Origin: Thermoplasmata archaeon
Lineage (GTDB): Archaea; Thermoplasmatota; E2; UBA202; JdFR-43
Direction: 5' to 3'
DNA length: 41,369 nucleotides
Assembly (NCBI GenBank): GCA_008297865.1
Contig: VBQI01000010.1
Coordinates: forward strand, 1 to 41,369
Position 1 is the stretch's first letter; each line of letters starts with the position of its first letter. Under the pieces are notes generated by a model. That model was given only the letters and a program-made list of their open reading frames with translations. It was not told where the DNA came from and searched no databases. Shown here piece after piece: positions 16,810 through 27,371 of this stretch. The translations under genes were made by a program, and so were the position numbers.

Positions 16810-18186
16810 TTATTTTTCTTTAAAGTGGTAAAAATCCAAATTTCCCCAGTCATTGTAATCGACTTCTCCGTGACTGCCATCTGAATAATCTATTAAGCTC
16901 CAAGCATAGCGATAGTTCATACAGCTTTTATAATTCGCATAAATCCACCATCCCTTTCTCCATGGGAAATTGCAGCTTTCATTATCTATACCATGGAAAT
17001 CGCCCCAAAATAATCCGAGTTGATGACCAAGCTCGTGCATGAAGAGGCTTGCAATTGCAATTGTTCGCTTAGTTTCAGATAAACGATACAAACGAATTGT
17101 TCCTATGCAAACAGTAAATGCATCACGGTCAAAATTAAACCCTGCGACGCTTTTTTTCCAAGGATTAATTCCGCACAGAACTGCATAATGAAATATTCCT
17201 CGTCTCCATAAATTTTTTATTCCATGTAAAAAATATCTTTGATAAATGTTGCGTAAATTTGGCTCTTTTACATAAGGTATTTCTTCCCCACCTCCCATAC
17301 AACCATCATCGATATGAAGCGTTATAAAATGTTTTGTGAAAATGGAAAATAAATATTGCTTGGATAAAAATGGCATTTTATATGGCTTACTGAATGTATT
17401 TTTTCCCTCCATCCAGTCAACTTCAATGAAAATATCTTTAGCAAATGGGTCGGAAAACCATTGGCTCGTGAGCCACTCTTCTTTGTTGTTAAGTCCATCG
17501 TTATCTGGGTCCAGCTTTTCATGTGTCTCTGCTTCAAATGGGTCATATCCCCAATAATCCTCCCATTCAATGGGCAAGCCATCATTGTCATAATCTTTGC
17601 CATAATCACTTTCCATTGGATTTGTATGATATATATTCACTTCTTCCCAATAAGTTAGGCCATCATTGTCATAATCATTTTGTCCTATCCTAAACCATAT
17701 TTCACAATCATTTTCGTTGTAATTTCCATCTTCATATCCCCCAGCACGCCCATAGCCGGAGGCATCGTGAAGAAAATCATCGCCCTTCCATCTGCCCGTT
17801 TTCGTATCATATACAATGTATAGGCTTTTGTTGCTACCACCGCTTATATCACATTGAATTCCATCTTTTTTCCACAATTCAATTTTTATCGAAATATTTG
17901 GCATATTATCAGGCACATTTTGCATGGCAATCCATTTTGGTTCGAAATCCATCACATTTTCCCACAGATTGCTTACATTTTCAATTCCATTAATTTCTGT
18001 TTTGATGAAGAATGTTTCATTTTTATCACATTCAATTGTTCTTACTCTATTAATCTCCACATAAACATATATATCTAAAAGTGGATCAACGTCATTATCA
18101 TTATCATTTACTCTTAGGCTATAAACAGGAAATGAGAGAGTAAAGAAAATTAATAGAGCAATCATTCTTCTACTATACCATTGCAT
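16810..18186 (-). CDS. Secreted zinc metalloprotease-like protein with thrombospondin type-3-like DxDxDG calcium-binding repeats
   Basis: Signal peptide, repeated DNDGL/DPDNDGL motifs and a FMHELGHQLG HExxH site (nt 17023-17037). Confidence 0.65.
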   Translation of the reverse strand: MQWYSRRMIALLIFFTLSFPVYSLRVNDNDNDVDPLLDIYVYVEINRVRTIECDKNETFFIKTEINGIENVSNLWENVMDFEPKWIAMQNVPDNMPNISIKIELWKKDGIQCDISGGSNKSLYIVYDTKTGRWKGDDFLHDASGYGRAGGYEDGNYNENDCEIWFRIGQNDYDNDGLTYWEEVNIYHTNPMESDYGKDYDNDGLPIEWEDYWGYDPFEAETHEKLDPDNDGLNNKEEWLTSQWFSDPFAKDIFIEVDWMEGKNTFSKPYKMPFLSKQYLFSIFTKHFITLHIDDGCMGGGEEIPYVKEPNLRNIYQRYFLHGIKNLWRRGIFHYAVLCGINPWKKSVAGFNFDRDAFTVCIGTIRLYRLSETKRTIAIASLFMHELGHQLGLFWGDFHGIDNESCNFPWRKGWWIYANYKSCMNYRYAWSLIDYSDGSHGEVDYNDWGNLDFYHFKEK

Positions 18187-18204
18187 AAATGGAAGTTCAT
18201 TCCA

Positions 18205-19368
18205 CTATTTATTGATTATCTTTCTCCTGATTATCTTTCTTGCCTCTCCAATCAAATAAAGACTTCCTACAATGCATATTAATTCTGCCTTATAATTTTC
18301 CGCTTGTTCAATAGCCTCCTTAACATTTTCAGTAACCAGAAATTCTTTTCCAAATTTTTTTCCTATACTTGCAATCTTATTTGCTTCCATAGCTCTTTCA
18401 TTACTTGCTTTTGTTGCAATATAAATTCTTGCCTTTGGTAAATTTTTAATCATTTCCTCAACATTTTTATCTTTCATAACTCCAAATATGATGATATCAG
18501 GCTTTTCAATTGAAGCAGAAAAAGCTTTGACAGCATGGGGATTATGACAGCCATCTAGCAAAAATCTCCCAATTTTTTCCATCCTGCCATACAACGTTGC
18601 TTTTTCTATCCCTTCTATAATATCCTCTTTTTTCATTCCAATAATTTCTCCTGCTTTTATAGCAATTCCAATATTTTCTCCCTGAAATTTCCCTTTCAAC
18701 GGACTGTGAACGAGATACCTTTCATCTGCTTCTATTAAAAATTTGTTTTCGTCAATTTCATACCATTTCACATCTTCCCCGATTATATATAGCTGAACGC
18801 CCTTTTTCTCTGCAGTGTTTTTTATTACCTCTAACGCTCTTCCTTTGCACGCTGTTATAACTGGGGCATTTTTTATTATTCCGGCTTTCTCTTTTGCTAT
18901 CGATACAATATCATTTCCAAGAAAATTTTCATGCTCCATTGCCACATTTGTTATTATACTTAACTCAGGCTCAACAACATTTGTTGCATCAAGTCTCCCA
19001 CCTAGGCCAACTTCTATGACAGCATAATCAACCTTCTTTCTTTCAAAATAGTGTAAGGCTATTGCTGTTAAAGCTTCAAAATACGTCAGATTGTATTTTT
19101 TAAGATATCTATATTCTTCAATTTCCGCATCTTCAATTTCTTTTCCATTCACCACAATTCTTTCATTCACCCTTTCCAAATGAGGGGAGGTATACAATCC
19201 AACACTATATCTCTGCATTAATATGCTGGCTATAAAATTACATACTGAGCCCTTCCCATTCGTTCCTCCAACATGAATGATTTTATACGAAGGCATTTCA
19301 TTCATAACCTTCTTCATCCTCTCCAAGCCCAGGGAAATTTCCCTCTCTTTTAGCTCGTCAATCCACAT
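18205..19368 (-). CDS. folC: Folylpolyglutamate synthase / dihydrofolate synthase (Mur-ligase family)
   Basis: HVGGTNGKGSV P-loop, TSPHL, EVGLGGRLDATN, and LLDGCHNPHA in the C-terminal domain. Confidence 0.88.
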   Translation of the reverse strand: MWIDELKEREISLGLERMKKVMNEMPSYKIIHVGGTNGKGSVCNFIASILMQRYSVGLYTSPHLERVNERIVVNGKEIEDAEIEEYRYLKKYNLTYFEALTAIALHYFERKKVDYAVIEVGLGGRLDATNVVEPELSIITNVAMEHENFLGNDIVSIAKEKAGIIKNAPVITACKGRALEVIKNTAEKKGVQLYIIGEDVKWYEIDENKFLIEADERYLVHSPLKGKFQGENIGIAIKAGEIIGMKKEDIIEGIEKATLYGRMEKIGRFLLDGCHNPHAVKAFSASIEKPDIIIFGVMKDKNVEEMIKNLPKARIYIATKASNERAMEANKIASIGKKFGKEFLVTENVKEAIEQAENYKAELICIVGSLYLIGEARKIIRRKIINK

Positions 19369-19432
19369 CTTAAGATTAAATTGAAACGCTTAAAAAACAT
19401 ATCGCGCAGTATCCCACTATCTATATATATGC

Positions 19433-19823
19433 ATGAATGATATACCAAAGATGAGGAAGAAAGTGTTATGCATATTCATAATAGTATCTTTTGTGTTTAC
19501 TACTATCCCGATAACCTCTGGCAGTAGCGAATCGTCTCAGGATACAACAGACAGTCTGCCTTTATGCCATATTATTGCAAAAGGAAGCGGGAGATGTTAT
19601 CACAATTCATGGCACTTTCTTTTTGGGTTTCGGAAGATGCTGGCTCATGATTATAAATCTAGAAAACGATGGCTATATTGAAGTAACTTCTCTTATAGAT
19701 CCTTCCAATCATGTGGTAATTGAAGGAAGCCACCGCCTTTTCATCGTTGGATTTGTTGGATTCAAAATAAACATACCAAAAATTAATGTCAATGGTATTG
19801 CTCTGTTGGCAAGCTGGAATTGA
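19433..19823 (+). pseudogene. Small secreted protein gene split into two overlapping frames (probable frameshift)
   Basis: Frame A encodes a signal peptide (KKVLCIFIIVSFVFTTIPITSG) and then degenerates. Frame B is open from 19515 and continues with beta-rich sequence (DVITIHGTFFLGFG...) but has only a TTG start and no signal peptide. Confidence 0.45.
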
Positions 19824-19860
19824 GGGGGAATCTTTATAAACAATTGTTAAATTCAGTGAT

Positions 19861-20331
19861 ATGAAAAAGATAGTTGTTGCCATTGCAATTCTATTGTTAT
19901 GCACTTTTCCAGTTTTTAATGAAAAAACAGAAAGTAAATTTATAAATGTAGAAAATGTAGAAATTATAAACATTACAGTCACTGAAGCATGGGAAATGCT
20001 TCAAAGTGAAGATGATGGTGTCCAAATACCAGTGGATGTAAGAACATTTCAGGAATACTTTACAGAGAGAATTGCAACTCCTCATTTCTATGACAAGCCG
20101 AGGCTCTATCCATTACAGCTTATAGAGAAGCAACCTTTTACAAAACTCTTTACAGTTTTATTTAAAGGAAAAGAAATCATATTGTATTGCAGAACAGCTC
20201 ATAGAAGCTATATTGCAGCTAATCTACTTCTAGAAAACAATTTCGAAGGCACCCTTTATAACATGGTAGGTGGCATAACCGCATGGAAAGCAGCTGGATT
20301 GCCAACTGTAAAAGGATTTGGATGGGGTTAA
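19861..20331 (+). CDS. Rhodanese-domain sulfurtransferase with N-terminal signal or lipobox-like peptide
   Basis: Active-site loop LYCRTAHRS and a GGITAWKAAGLP C-terminus. The hydrophobic N-terminus is AIAILLLCTFPV. Confidence 0.8.
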   Translation: MKKIVVAIAILLLCTFPVFNEKTESKFINVENVEIINITVTEAWEMLQSEDDGVQIPVDVRTFQEYFTERIATPHFYDKPRLYPLQLIEKQPFTKLFTVLFKGKEIILYCRTAHRSYIAANLLLENNFEGTLYNMVGGITAWKAAGLPTVKGFGWG

Positions 20332-20335
20332 TAAA

Positions 20336-21206
<871 letters not shown>

Positions 21207-21219
<13 letters not shown>

Positions 21220-21905
21220 TTTTCCCACGCTTCAACAATTTCCCATCCTTCAAGAAATATAAAGCCATGCTTTTTGGCATATTCCATTGCCTTCTCCTTT
21301 TTCAAACTTTCTCCAAAATCAAGCATTTCGCATCCTGCCATTACTGGCGCCACGCCTGCCATTTCAGCTACTGCTATTCCAAGTTCTGTATGTCCTCTCC
21401 TTTCCTTCAGTAAATTTTTGGTGGCAATGCAAATTGGCACATGCCCGGGGCTTCTGAAATTCTCGCCAAATATGCGCTGTGCTTCGATTTCACTCATATT
21501 CTCTATACCTTTCACCAATTCTGCAAACTTGGATATAGTTAAAGCCCTGTCTACATCTCTTATACCTGTAAATGTTTTGCGATGATTTATTGTAAGAGAA
21601 AAGGATGACTTTGTATCATATGGAATATCATTTGGTATAAGCTCTTTGAATACAGGCCACCTATTTGCACATTTATAAATTACATCTGCAAGATATGGCA
21701 ATCCAAGCTTTTTTGCTTCTGCATAACGAAGCATGATAAAAATAAGCCCCCCTCCATCTTTTCTCATTCTATAAATTGATTCGGGCTTAACAAATTCTGC
21801 CGAAATGAAAAAATCGGTCTCTTCTTCACGCCCATCGGCATCGTATACCAAAATAAAATTGCCCTTTTTTATTTCCTCTATTGCCTCCTCAACTTTCTTC
21901 TTCAT
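21207..21905 (-). CDS. ribB: 3,4-dihydroxy-2-butanone 4-phosphate synthase
   Basis: [46 protein letters not shown] and RGHTE. The preferred start is [15 protein letters not shown] at 21905, and an alternative ATG lies at 21926. Confidence 0.9.
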
Positions 21906-22098
21906 TTTCTTTTTTCCTATCTTCAACTATCCTTGTAATGTATCCAGCAACTCTGTTTCTTATATTTTTTGTACTTATGGTGGATAGTTTTGTTACTAAC
22001 ACCTTATTCTTTTCGAAATCCTTGCTAAACTCATCTGGAAATTTTTCCAACAGCTCGAGAGCAAGTCTTTTGATATATGCAGGTTTCACGTTCCCCAA
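21889..22098 (-). CDS. rps17e: 30S ribosomal protein S17e
   Basis: (M)[23 protein letters not shown]...[20 protein letters not shown] start at 22098 is preceded by AGGTGAT (22102-22108). The ORF-track start at 22113 is also TTG. Confidence 0.88.
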   Translation of the reverse strand: MGNVKPAYIKRLALELLEKFPDEFSKDFEKNKVLVTKLSTISTKNIRNRVAGYITRIVEDRKKENEEES

Positions 22099-22172
22099 TG
22101 AATCACCTTGCAAGAAATATATTTTTCATATAAATATATTTTCTAGCAATAAAAATGGGGAAAAGAAAAAGG

Positions 22173-22400
22173 TTAGTCTTCAATTGCATAAAAGAATTGA
22201 TGACTTCCAATGTATATAGAATGTGTTGCTGTCAAGGGAACAACAGTATAGTTAATTGGCACTGGCGCCAGAAAAGATGCATTTACATTAACTGAAACAT
22301 CTACTATTTCATATCCAACTGGAAGTTGGCATGTAGTTGCGGACCCAAGAAATGCAACTCCTAAGACAACAGCTGTAGTTGCCAAAGCAAATGCTTTCAT
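22173..22400 (-). CDS. Small hypothetical secreted protein
   Basis: 75-aa ORF with signal peptide MKAFALATTAVVLGVAFLGSA. No family recognised. Confidence 0.4.
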   Translation of the reverse strand: MKAFALATTAVVLGVAFLGSATTCQLPVGYEIVDVSVNVNASFLAPVPINYTVVPLTATHSIYIGSHQFFYAIED

Positions 22401-22436
22401 AAAGTTTAATAAGAATATTGATATTTAAAATTATTT

Positions 22437-22673
22437 ATGATAAAAATAAAATTCTTTGGAAAACTGAGGGAAAGATTTGGAAAAGAAATAATATGCAACG
22501 AACCTTTTGAAAATTTAGAGGATTTGTTCAATTTCCTATTGGAAAAAGAAGATGCTCTAAGAAAATTGAAAGAGCATTTACTCTTTTCCATAAATCACAG
22601 ACAGGCAACTTTAAAAGATAAAATAAAGGATGGCGATGAAGTGGCAATTTTCCTTGCTCCTACGGGGGGCTAA
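22437..22673 (+). CDS. MoaD/ThiS-family ubiquitin-like small protein (SAMP-like) ending in Gly-Gly
   Basis: 78 aa. It runs MIKIKFFGKLRERFG...DGDEVAIFLAPTGG and stops right after the GG. Confidence 0.8.
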   Translation: MIKIKFFGKLRERFGKEIICNEPFENLEDLFNFLLEKEDALRKLKEHLLFSINHRQATLKDKIKDGDEVAIFLAPTGG

Positions 22674-22703
22674 TATTTTAATACATTTTTAGAATATCTT
22701 CTC

Positions 22704-23744
22704 ATGAAGGAACTTTTGAAAAGATTATGTAATGCTCACGGAATTTCTGGATATGAAGATGAAATAAGAGAGATAATAAAGGAAGAGCTTGCTGGATATG
22801 TAAACGAAATAAAAACAGATTCGATGGGAAATATAATTGCTATAAAAGATGGCGATAAGCCAGCTATAATGTTAGCTGCCCACATGGATGAAATTGGTCT
22901 CATGGTCAAAAGTATAGATAAAAATGGTTTCATAAGGTTTATAAAATTTGGAGGATGGTTTGACCAAACATTGCTCAATAGCAGGGTTGTTCTTCATGGA
23001 GAAAAAGGAAAAAGATACGGAGTTATAGGAAGTAAACCACCTCATATCATGAAAGAGGAAGAAAGGAAAAAAGCAGTAAGTGTTGAAAATATGTTCATTG
23101 ATATTGGGGCAAAAAGCAAGGAGGAAGTAGAAGCAGAAGGGATAAAACTTGGCACACCAATAACCTTAGACATGGAAATGAGGGAGTTAATCAATGATAG
23201 AATCACAGGAAAGGCATTGGATGATAGAGTTGGCATAGCGATGATGATTGAAGCAGTGAAGAGAACAAAAAGTAATGCAACTATCTATGCCGTAGGAACT
23301 GTGCAGGAAGAAGTTGGGCTAAAAGGGGCGAGAACATCTGCATATCGCCTATCTCCAGATGTGGCAATTGTCTGCGAGGTGGCAGTGGCAGGGGATCATC
23401 CTGGAATAGAAGAAAAAGATAGCCAGATAAAAGTTGATAGGGGAGCAGTTATAACTGTAGCAGATGCTTCTGGAAGAGGACTTATTGCCCAAAAAAATGT
23501 TCTTAGATGGCTTGAGGAAACTGCAAAAAAGGAGGGAATAAAATACCAGCTTGAGGTGGCGGAAGGCGGAACAACAGATGCTGCAGTAATTCATATTACA
23601 AAAGCAGGTATACCGTCTGGCGTGGTGAGTGTGCCTACACGCTATATGCATTCTGGTGTTGAAGTGATAAGCTTACGAGATTTAGAGGAGAGTGCAAAGC
23701 TTGTTGCGAAGGCAATGGAAAATATAGATTTACTTAACATATAA
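22704..23744 (+). CDS. M42-family (TET/FrvX-like) aminopeptidase
   Basis: GISGYEDEIRE, AAHMDEIGLMV, GKALDDRVG, QEEVGLKGA and RYMHS blocks in a 346-aa protein. Confidence 0.88.
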   Translation: MKELLKRLCNAHGISGYEDEIREIIKEELAGYVNEIKTDSMGNIIAIKDGDKPAIMLAAHMDEIGLMVKSIDKNGFIRFIKFGGWFDQTLLNSRVVLHGEKGKRYGVIGSKPPHIMKEEERKKAVSVENMFIDIGAKSKEEVEAEGIKLGTPITLDMEMRELINDRITGKALDDRVGIAMMIEAVKRTKSNATIYAVGTVQEEVGLKGARTSAYRLSPDVAIVCEVAVAGDHPGIEEKDSQIKVDRGAVITVADASGRGLIAQKNVLRWLEETAKKEGIKYQLEVAEGGTTDAAVIHITKAGIPSGVVSVPTRYMHSGVEVISLRDLEESAKLVAKAMENIDLLNI

Positions 23745-23745
23745 T

Positions 23746-24732
23746 TTACTTAACACATAACTCCATCCCAAATTTATCCTTAGAAGGGGAATAGCTTCCC
23801 ACTTTCCTTACATTTTTTATCTCTATTTTATGGCCCATTTCTTTCGCCAACTTTTTTATCTCTTCTATTCTCTCATTCAGCTTTTCTCTTTCGACTATTT
23901 CATAGTAGTGCAAAATTTCTCCTTTTTTAATTGCAACTGGAAGAAACTCAAAGCTTTTATGAGGAAGATTCATTATAATATGGTTTGCTTTAGGAAGCAT
24001 TTCAATAACTTCTTTTGCATCTCCTCTTATAACTTCAATTATCTCTTCCACTTTATTCATTTTCACATTTTCTCTTGCATATTTAACAGCAAACTCATTT
24101 TTATCGATAGCATATACTTTTTTTGGTTTTGCGAACTTTGCAATTATTAGGCTAAATGGAGCGACACCTGCAAACATATCAATGATAACTTCATTTTTGT
24201 CTATCTGTCTCGTAACTCTCATTCTCTCCTCTGCAAGGCGAGGAGAGAAATAAACTTTTGATACATCTACTTTCATTTTTATTCCATATTCAGTATGAAT
24301 TGTCTCTGTGCTTCTTTCTCCCGCAATAAATTGTATATCTCTCACCCTATAATCTTCTTTAACGCCTTTATCCAGAAAAACTGTTTTCACATGCTTGTTT
24401 GCCTCCATTATTGCCTTCGCAACTTCTTCTGCTTTTTCCTCATCTCTCAACCTTATGATTGCAATATCTCCTATAAAATCAATTGAGATAGAATCAATGC
24501 TTATTCCTCTTTCCTTCAAAATATCCTCATAACTCCTCTTTTTTATTTCCTCAAATTCCTCTTCACAAATTTTACATTCTTCTATATCAATACTACTCCT
24601 TTTTATTGGGAAATAAACATATCCTTTTTTCCTCTTAACCTTTACTCCTTCAATCATCAAATTTTTATCTATTAGCCTTTTCCTTATTTTCTCTGCCATT
24701 TTTTTTGGAACAGCTAAGCATAAACATTTCAC
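23746..24732 (-). CDS. trm5: tRNA (guanine37-N1)-methyltransferase Trm5
   Basis: The N-terminus (M)KCLCLAVPKK resembles methanogen Trm5. Also present are VYFSPRLAEER, DMFAGVAPFSL, and NLP in MNLPHKS. The start is a GTG at 24732. Confidence 0.88.
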   Translation of the reverse strand: MKCLCLAVPKKMAEKIRKRLIDKNLMIEGVKVKRKKGYVYFPIKRSSIDIEECKICEEEFEEIKKRSYEDILKERGISIDSISIDFIGDIAIIRLRDEEKAEEVAKAIMEANKHVKTVFLDKGVKEDYRVRDIQFIAGERSTETIHTEYGIKMKVDVSKVYFSPRLAEERMRVTRQIDKNEVIIDMFAGVAPFSLIIAKFAKPKKVYAIDKNEFAVKYARENVKMNKVEEIIEVIRGDAKEVIEMLPKANHIIMNLPHKSFEFLPVAIKKGEILHYYEIVEREKLNERIEEIKKLAKEMGHKIEIKNVRKVGSYSPSKDKFGMELCVK

Positions 24733-24764
24733 ATGTTATAAAAATGCCTCCATATATACCATTT
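24733..24764. promoter_or_regulatory. 32-nt bidirectional promoter region between trm5 and the diphthine synthase gene
   Basis: It contains TTATAAAAA, about 22-29 nt before ATG 24765. On the other strand it contains GGTATATAT, about 20-26 nt before GTG 24732. This implies two leaderless or near-leaderless transcripts. Confidence 0.4.
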
Positions 24765-25544
24765 ATGCTGTCTTTCATTGGTTTAGGCTTATGGGATGAA
24801 AGAGATATTACCATAAAAGCCCTTGAGGAAGCAAGAAAATGTGATAAAGTTTACGCAGAATTTTATACAAGCAAAATGGGAGTTGAAACAGAGAAAATAG
24901 AGAGAATGATAGGAAAGAAAATAACTGTTCTGGAGAGAGAGGAAGTAGAGGATGGAGAAAAATTGCTGGAAGAAGCAGAGAAATTGCATGTTTGCCTTCT
25001 GACTGCAGGCGACCCTATGGCGGCGACAACCCACGTTGATCTTCGTATAAGAGCAATTGAGAGAGGTATAAAAACAAAAGTTTATCATGGAATAAGTATA
25101 GTTTCAGCTTCAGCAAGCTTGTTGGGCTTGCAAATATATAAATTTGGAAGAGTGGCAAGCATTGTTAAGCCTTCTGAAAATTACTTTCCTCTTTCACCAT
25201 ATGATGTAATAAAAGAAAATACTATGGCAGGCATGCATTCTTTGCTCCTCCTTGATATATCAGATGAATGTATGGAAGCGAATGAAGCAATGGAATTGTT
25301 GCTTGAAATGGAAAAAAGAAAAAAAGGAGGAATCATTACTACGGATACTCTCGTTGCAGTTGTTGCACGTGTTTCTTCAGATGATGCACTGGCCAGGGCG
25401 GGCTATATTAAAGATTTAATTAAGGAGGATTTCGGAAGAACACCTCATTCTCTCATAATTCCGGGAAAGCTCCATTTTATGGAAGCAAAAGCTCTTGTTA
25501 CAATAGCAAAGGCACCTAAGGAGATAATGAATCTTGTGATATAA
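24765..25544 (+). CDS. dphB: Diphthine synthase
   Basis: MLSFIGLGLWDERDITIKALEEARKCDKVYAEFYTS, LTAGDPMAATTH and HSLIIPG. Start set to ATG 24765 by the family N-terminus; the ORF-track start is at 24705. Confidence 0.9.
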   Translation: MLSFIGLGLWDERDITIKALEEARKCDKVYAEFYTSKMGVETEKIERMIGKKITVLEREEVEDGEKLLEEAEKLHVCLLTAGDPMAATTHVDLRIRAIERGIKTKVYHGISIVSASASLLGLQIYKFGRVASIVKPSENYFPLSPYDVIKENTMAGMHSLLLLDISDECMEANEAMELLLEMEKRKKGGIITTDTLVAVVARVSSDDALARAGYIKDLIKEDFGRTPHSLIIPGKLHFMEAKALVTIAKAPKEIMNLVI

Positions 25545-25611
25545 TTTCGTCTCCTATGGCGAAAGCAAATTTATTTATATAAGTTATAGTTTCATGTTTG
25601 GAGGTTTAAAA

Positions 25612-27258
25612 ATGAAAATGAAGATTGGAGCGTTTCTGGTAATGAGTATGTTAGTTGTATCTGTTGGGGCAGTAATGCTAAATAAAACAGAGAGAGTAGG
25701 TCCAAAAATAAGTTTAAGCAAAGCTAACTTTCATATAGAAAAGGAGGTATGTAAAAGCTACCAAACATATAACGACATTTTAAGACCAAAGATGATAGCA
25801 ACACTTGGAACAGATATTCAGATAACTGGTCAGGAGACAGATGAAATTCATCCTGCTATTGCAAACGATAATTCTGGAAATGTGCTCATAGGTTTTGAAG
25901 CAGATCTCAGAGGAGATGGAGAATATAATGTATGGTTCACTTATTCTCCTGATGGGGGAGCAACATGGGCTGAAAACGCCATAGCTTGGCAAATAGAAAC
26001 TCCAGAACTTCCATCTGTTGACTATTGGGGCGAAGGAAATAGATTCTTCGGAACAATGGTACCAAATCCATATGAAGAAGACGGGAGTATACTTTATTTA
26101 ATGGAATGTACAAATCCTGCAGATTTTGAAGAAGGATATACTCTTGTAGGATGGACTTGGAGCGATGTAGGAGACGGTTACTATAACTTTGTGGATATGG
26201 CAATCGCTTGTGATGATGGTGTCGAAAACTGGGCTTGGGGAGGCGTTTCAATAATAGGAGATCATGGTTCGGGATTAATACAAACACCTTTCTTCTCATA
26301 TCAATTTACTGAAGATGGATATGCTTGGATTTATAGATGGTCTACCGGAGGAGATGAATTTACTTTTGAATACTGCCAATCCACAACTATGGATATTGAT
26401 CCTGTAACCCATATGGCATATCCAGTATGGAATTATTTAAATCCGGAAACAGGCGTTTTGGACTTATTGTTCTCCAAATTTGATTTTGGAACCTGGGAGC
26501 CATATGATAGCTATCAAGTTCATCCTGAAGTAGGAGGGGGCTTAATTAATACATCAGTAAATGATCAGAACATTGATATTTCAGCCTACAATGACAATGT
26601 TATTATTGTCTCCCAAACAGATGAATATGGAAATCAGGATATTACATGCTATTATTCCACTGATGGAATGAATAGTGTTGGAGTAAGCATTATAGCAAAT
26701 AGTAGCGATGACGAAATGTATCCGAAAGTAGTTCACACCGGAGACAATACTGCTGTATGCATCTTTGTAAAAAATGGGAACCTTTATCAATCAACAACTG
26801 AAGATGGAGGAGCAACATGGTCAGAGCCTATAATGATAAATGATGTAAGTGGTACAGTTGAGGAAGATTACCATACTGCAGATGTATGCAAATTAGGTGC
26901 AATCTGGACCGATAATAGAAATGGTAACGCAGATTTATTCTTCGATAGCGTCGGAGCTTTTGCGGTAATAAGCATAGATAGCATTTCTGGAGGGTTTGGA
27001 GTCACAGCAACAATTTCAAATATTGGGAATGCACCAGCAGAAAATGTTGAGTGGAGTATTGACTTAGAAGGAGGACTTATTCTCCTTGGAAAGCATAAGG
27101 AAGGTGTAATTCCATCTCTTGCACCTGGGGCAAGCACAACAGTGAAAACAGGCTTTATTCTAGGAATAGGAAAGACGACTGCCAGCGTAGCGGCAGATGG
27201 AACAACAGCACAGGCGAGTGGCTTTGTGCTTGGACCATTTGTATTGGGAATGAAATAA
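25612..27258 (+). CDS. Secreted BNR/Asp-box repeat (sialidase-like beta-propeller) protein with a C-terminal CARDB-like domain
   Basis: GGAGGT lies just upstream of ATG 25612. It has a signal/TM segment, then Asp-boxes SPDGGATW and TEDGGATWS plus a degenerate STDGMNS. A CARDB-like block VTATISNIGNAPAENVEWSI follows. Confidence 0.7.
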   Translation: MKMKIGAFLVMSMLVVSVGAVMLNKTERVGPKISLSKANFHIEKEVCKSYQTYNDILRPKMIATLGTDIQITGQETDEIHPAIANDNSGNVLIGFEADLRGDGEYNVWFTYSPDGGATWAENAIAWQIETPELPSVDYWGEGNRFFGTMVPNPYEEDGSILYLMECTNPADFEEGYTLVGWTWSDVGDGYYNFVDMAIACDDGVENWAWGGVSIIGDHGSGLIQTPFFSYQFTEDGYAWIYRWSTGGDEFTFEYCQSTTMDIDPVTHMAYPVWNYLNPETGVLDLLFSKFDFGTWEPYDSYQVHPEVGGGLINTSVNDQNIDISAYNDNVIIVSQTDEYGNQDITCYYSTDGMNSVGVSIIANSSDDEMYPKVVHTGDNTAVCIFVKNGNLYQSTTEDGGATWSEPIMINDVSGTVEEDYHTADVCKLGAIWTDNRNGNADLFFDSVGAFAVISIDSISGGFGVTATISNIGNAPAENVEWSIDLEGGLILLGKHKEGVIPSLAPGASTTVKTGFILGIGKTTASVAADGTTAQASGFVLGPFVLGMK

Positions 27259-27293
27259 CCCGGGAACAAAATAATCTAGGAATGAAATAACCC

Positions 27294-27326
27294 GGGGAAC
27301 GAAATTATTCCCCCTCTTTTTATTTT
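27294..27326 (+). terminator. Hairpin plus T-runs downstream of the BNR gene
   Basis: GGGGAA (27294-27299) and TTCCCC (27308-27313) flank an 8-nt loop, followed by CTCTTTTTATTTT. Confidence 0.45.
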
Positions 27327-27371
27327 AAAACATTATGAAAATATTTTATAATTGCTTTTTCATTCATCTTT

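Noticed and set aside
27247-27310. Possible CRISPR-like or other repeat array
   Set aside because: There are only two imperfect tandem copies with no spacers. It overlaps a gene end and terminator, and no cas genes are in the window.
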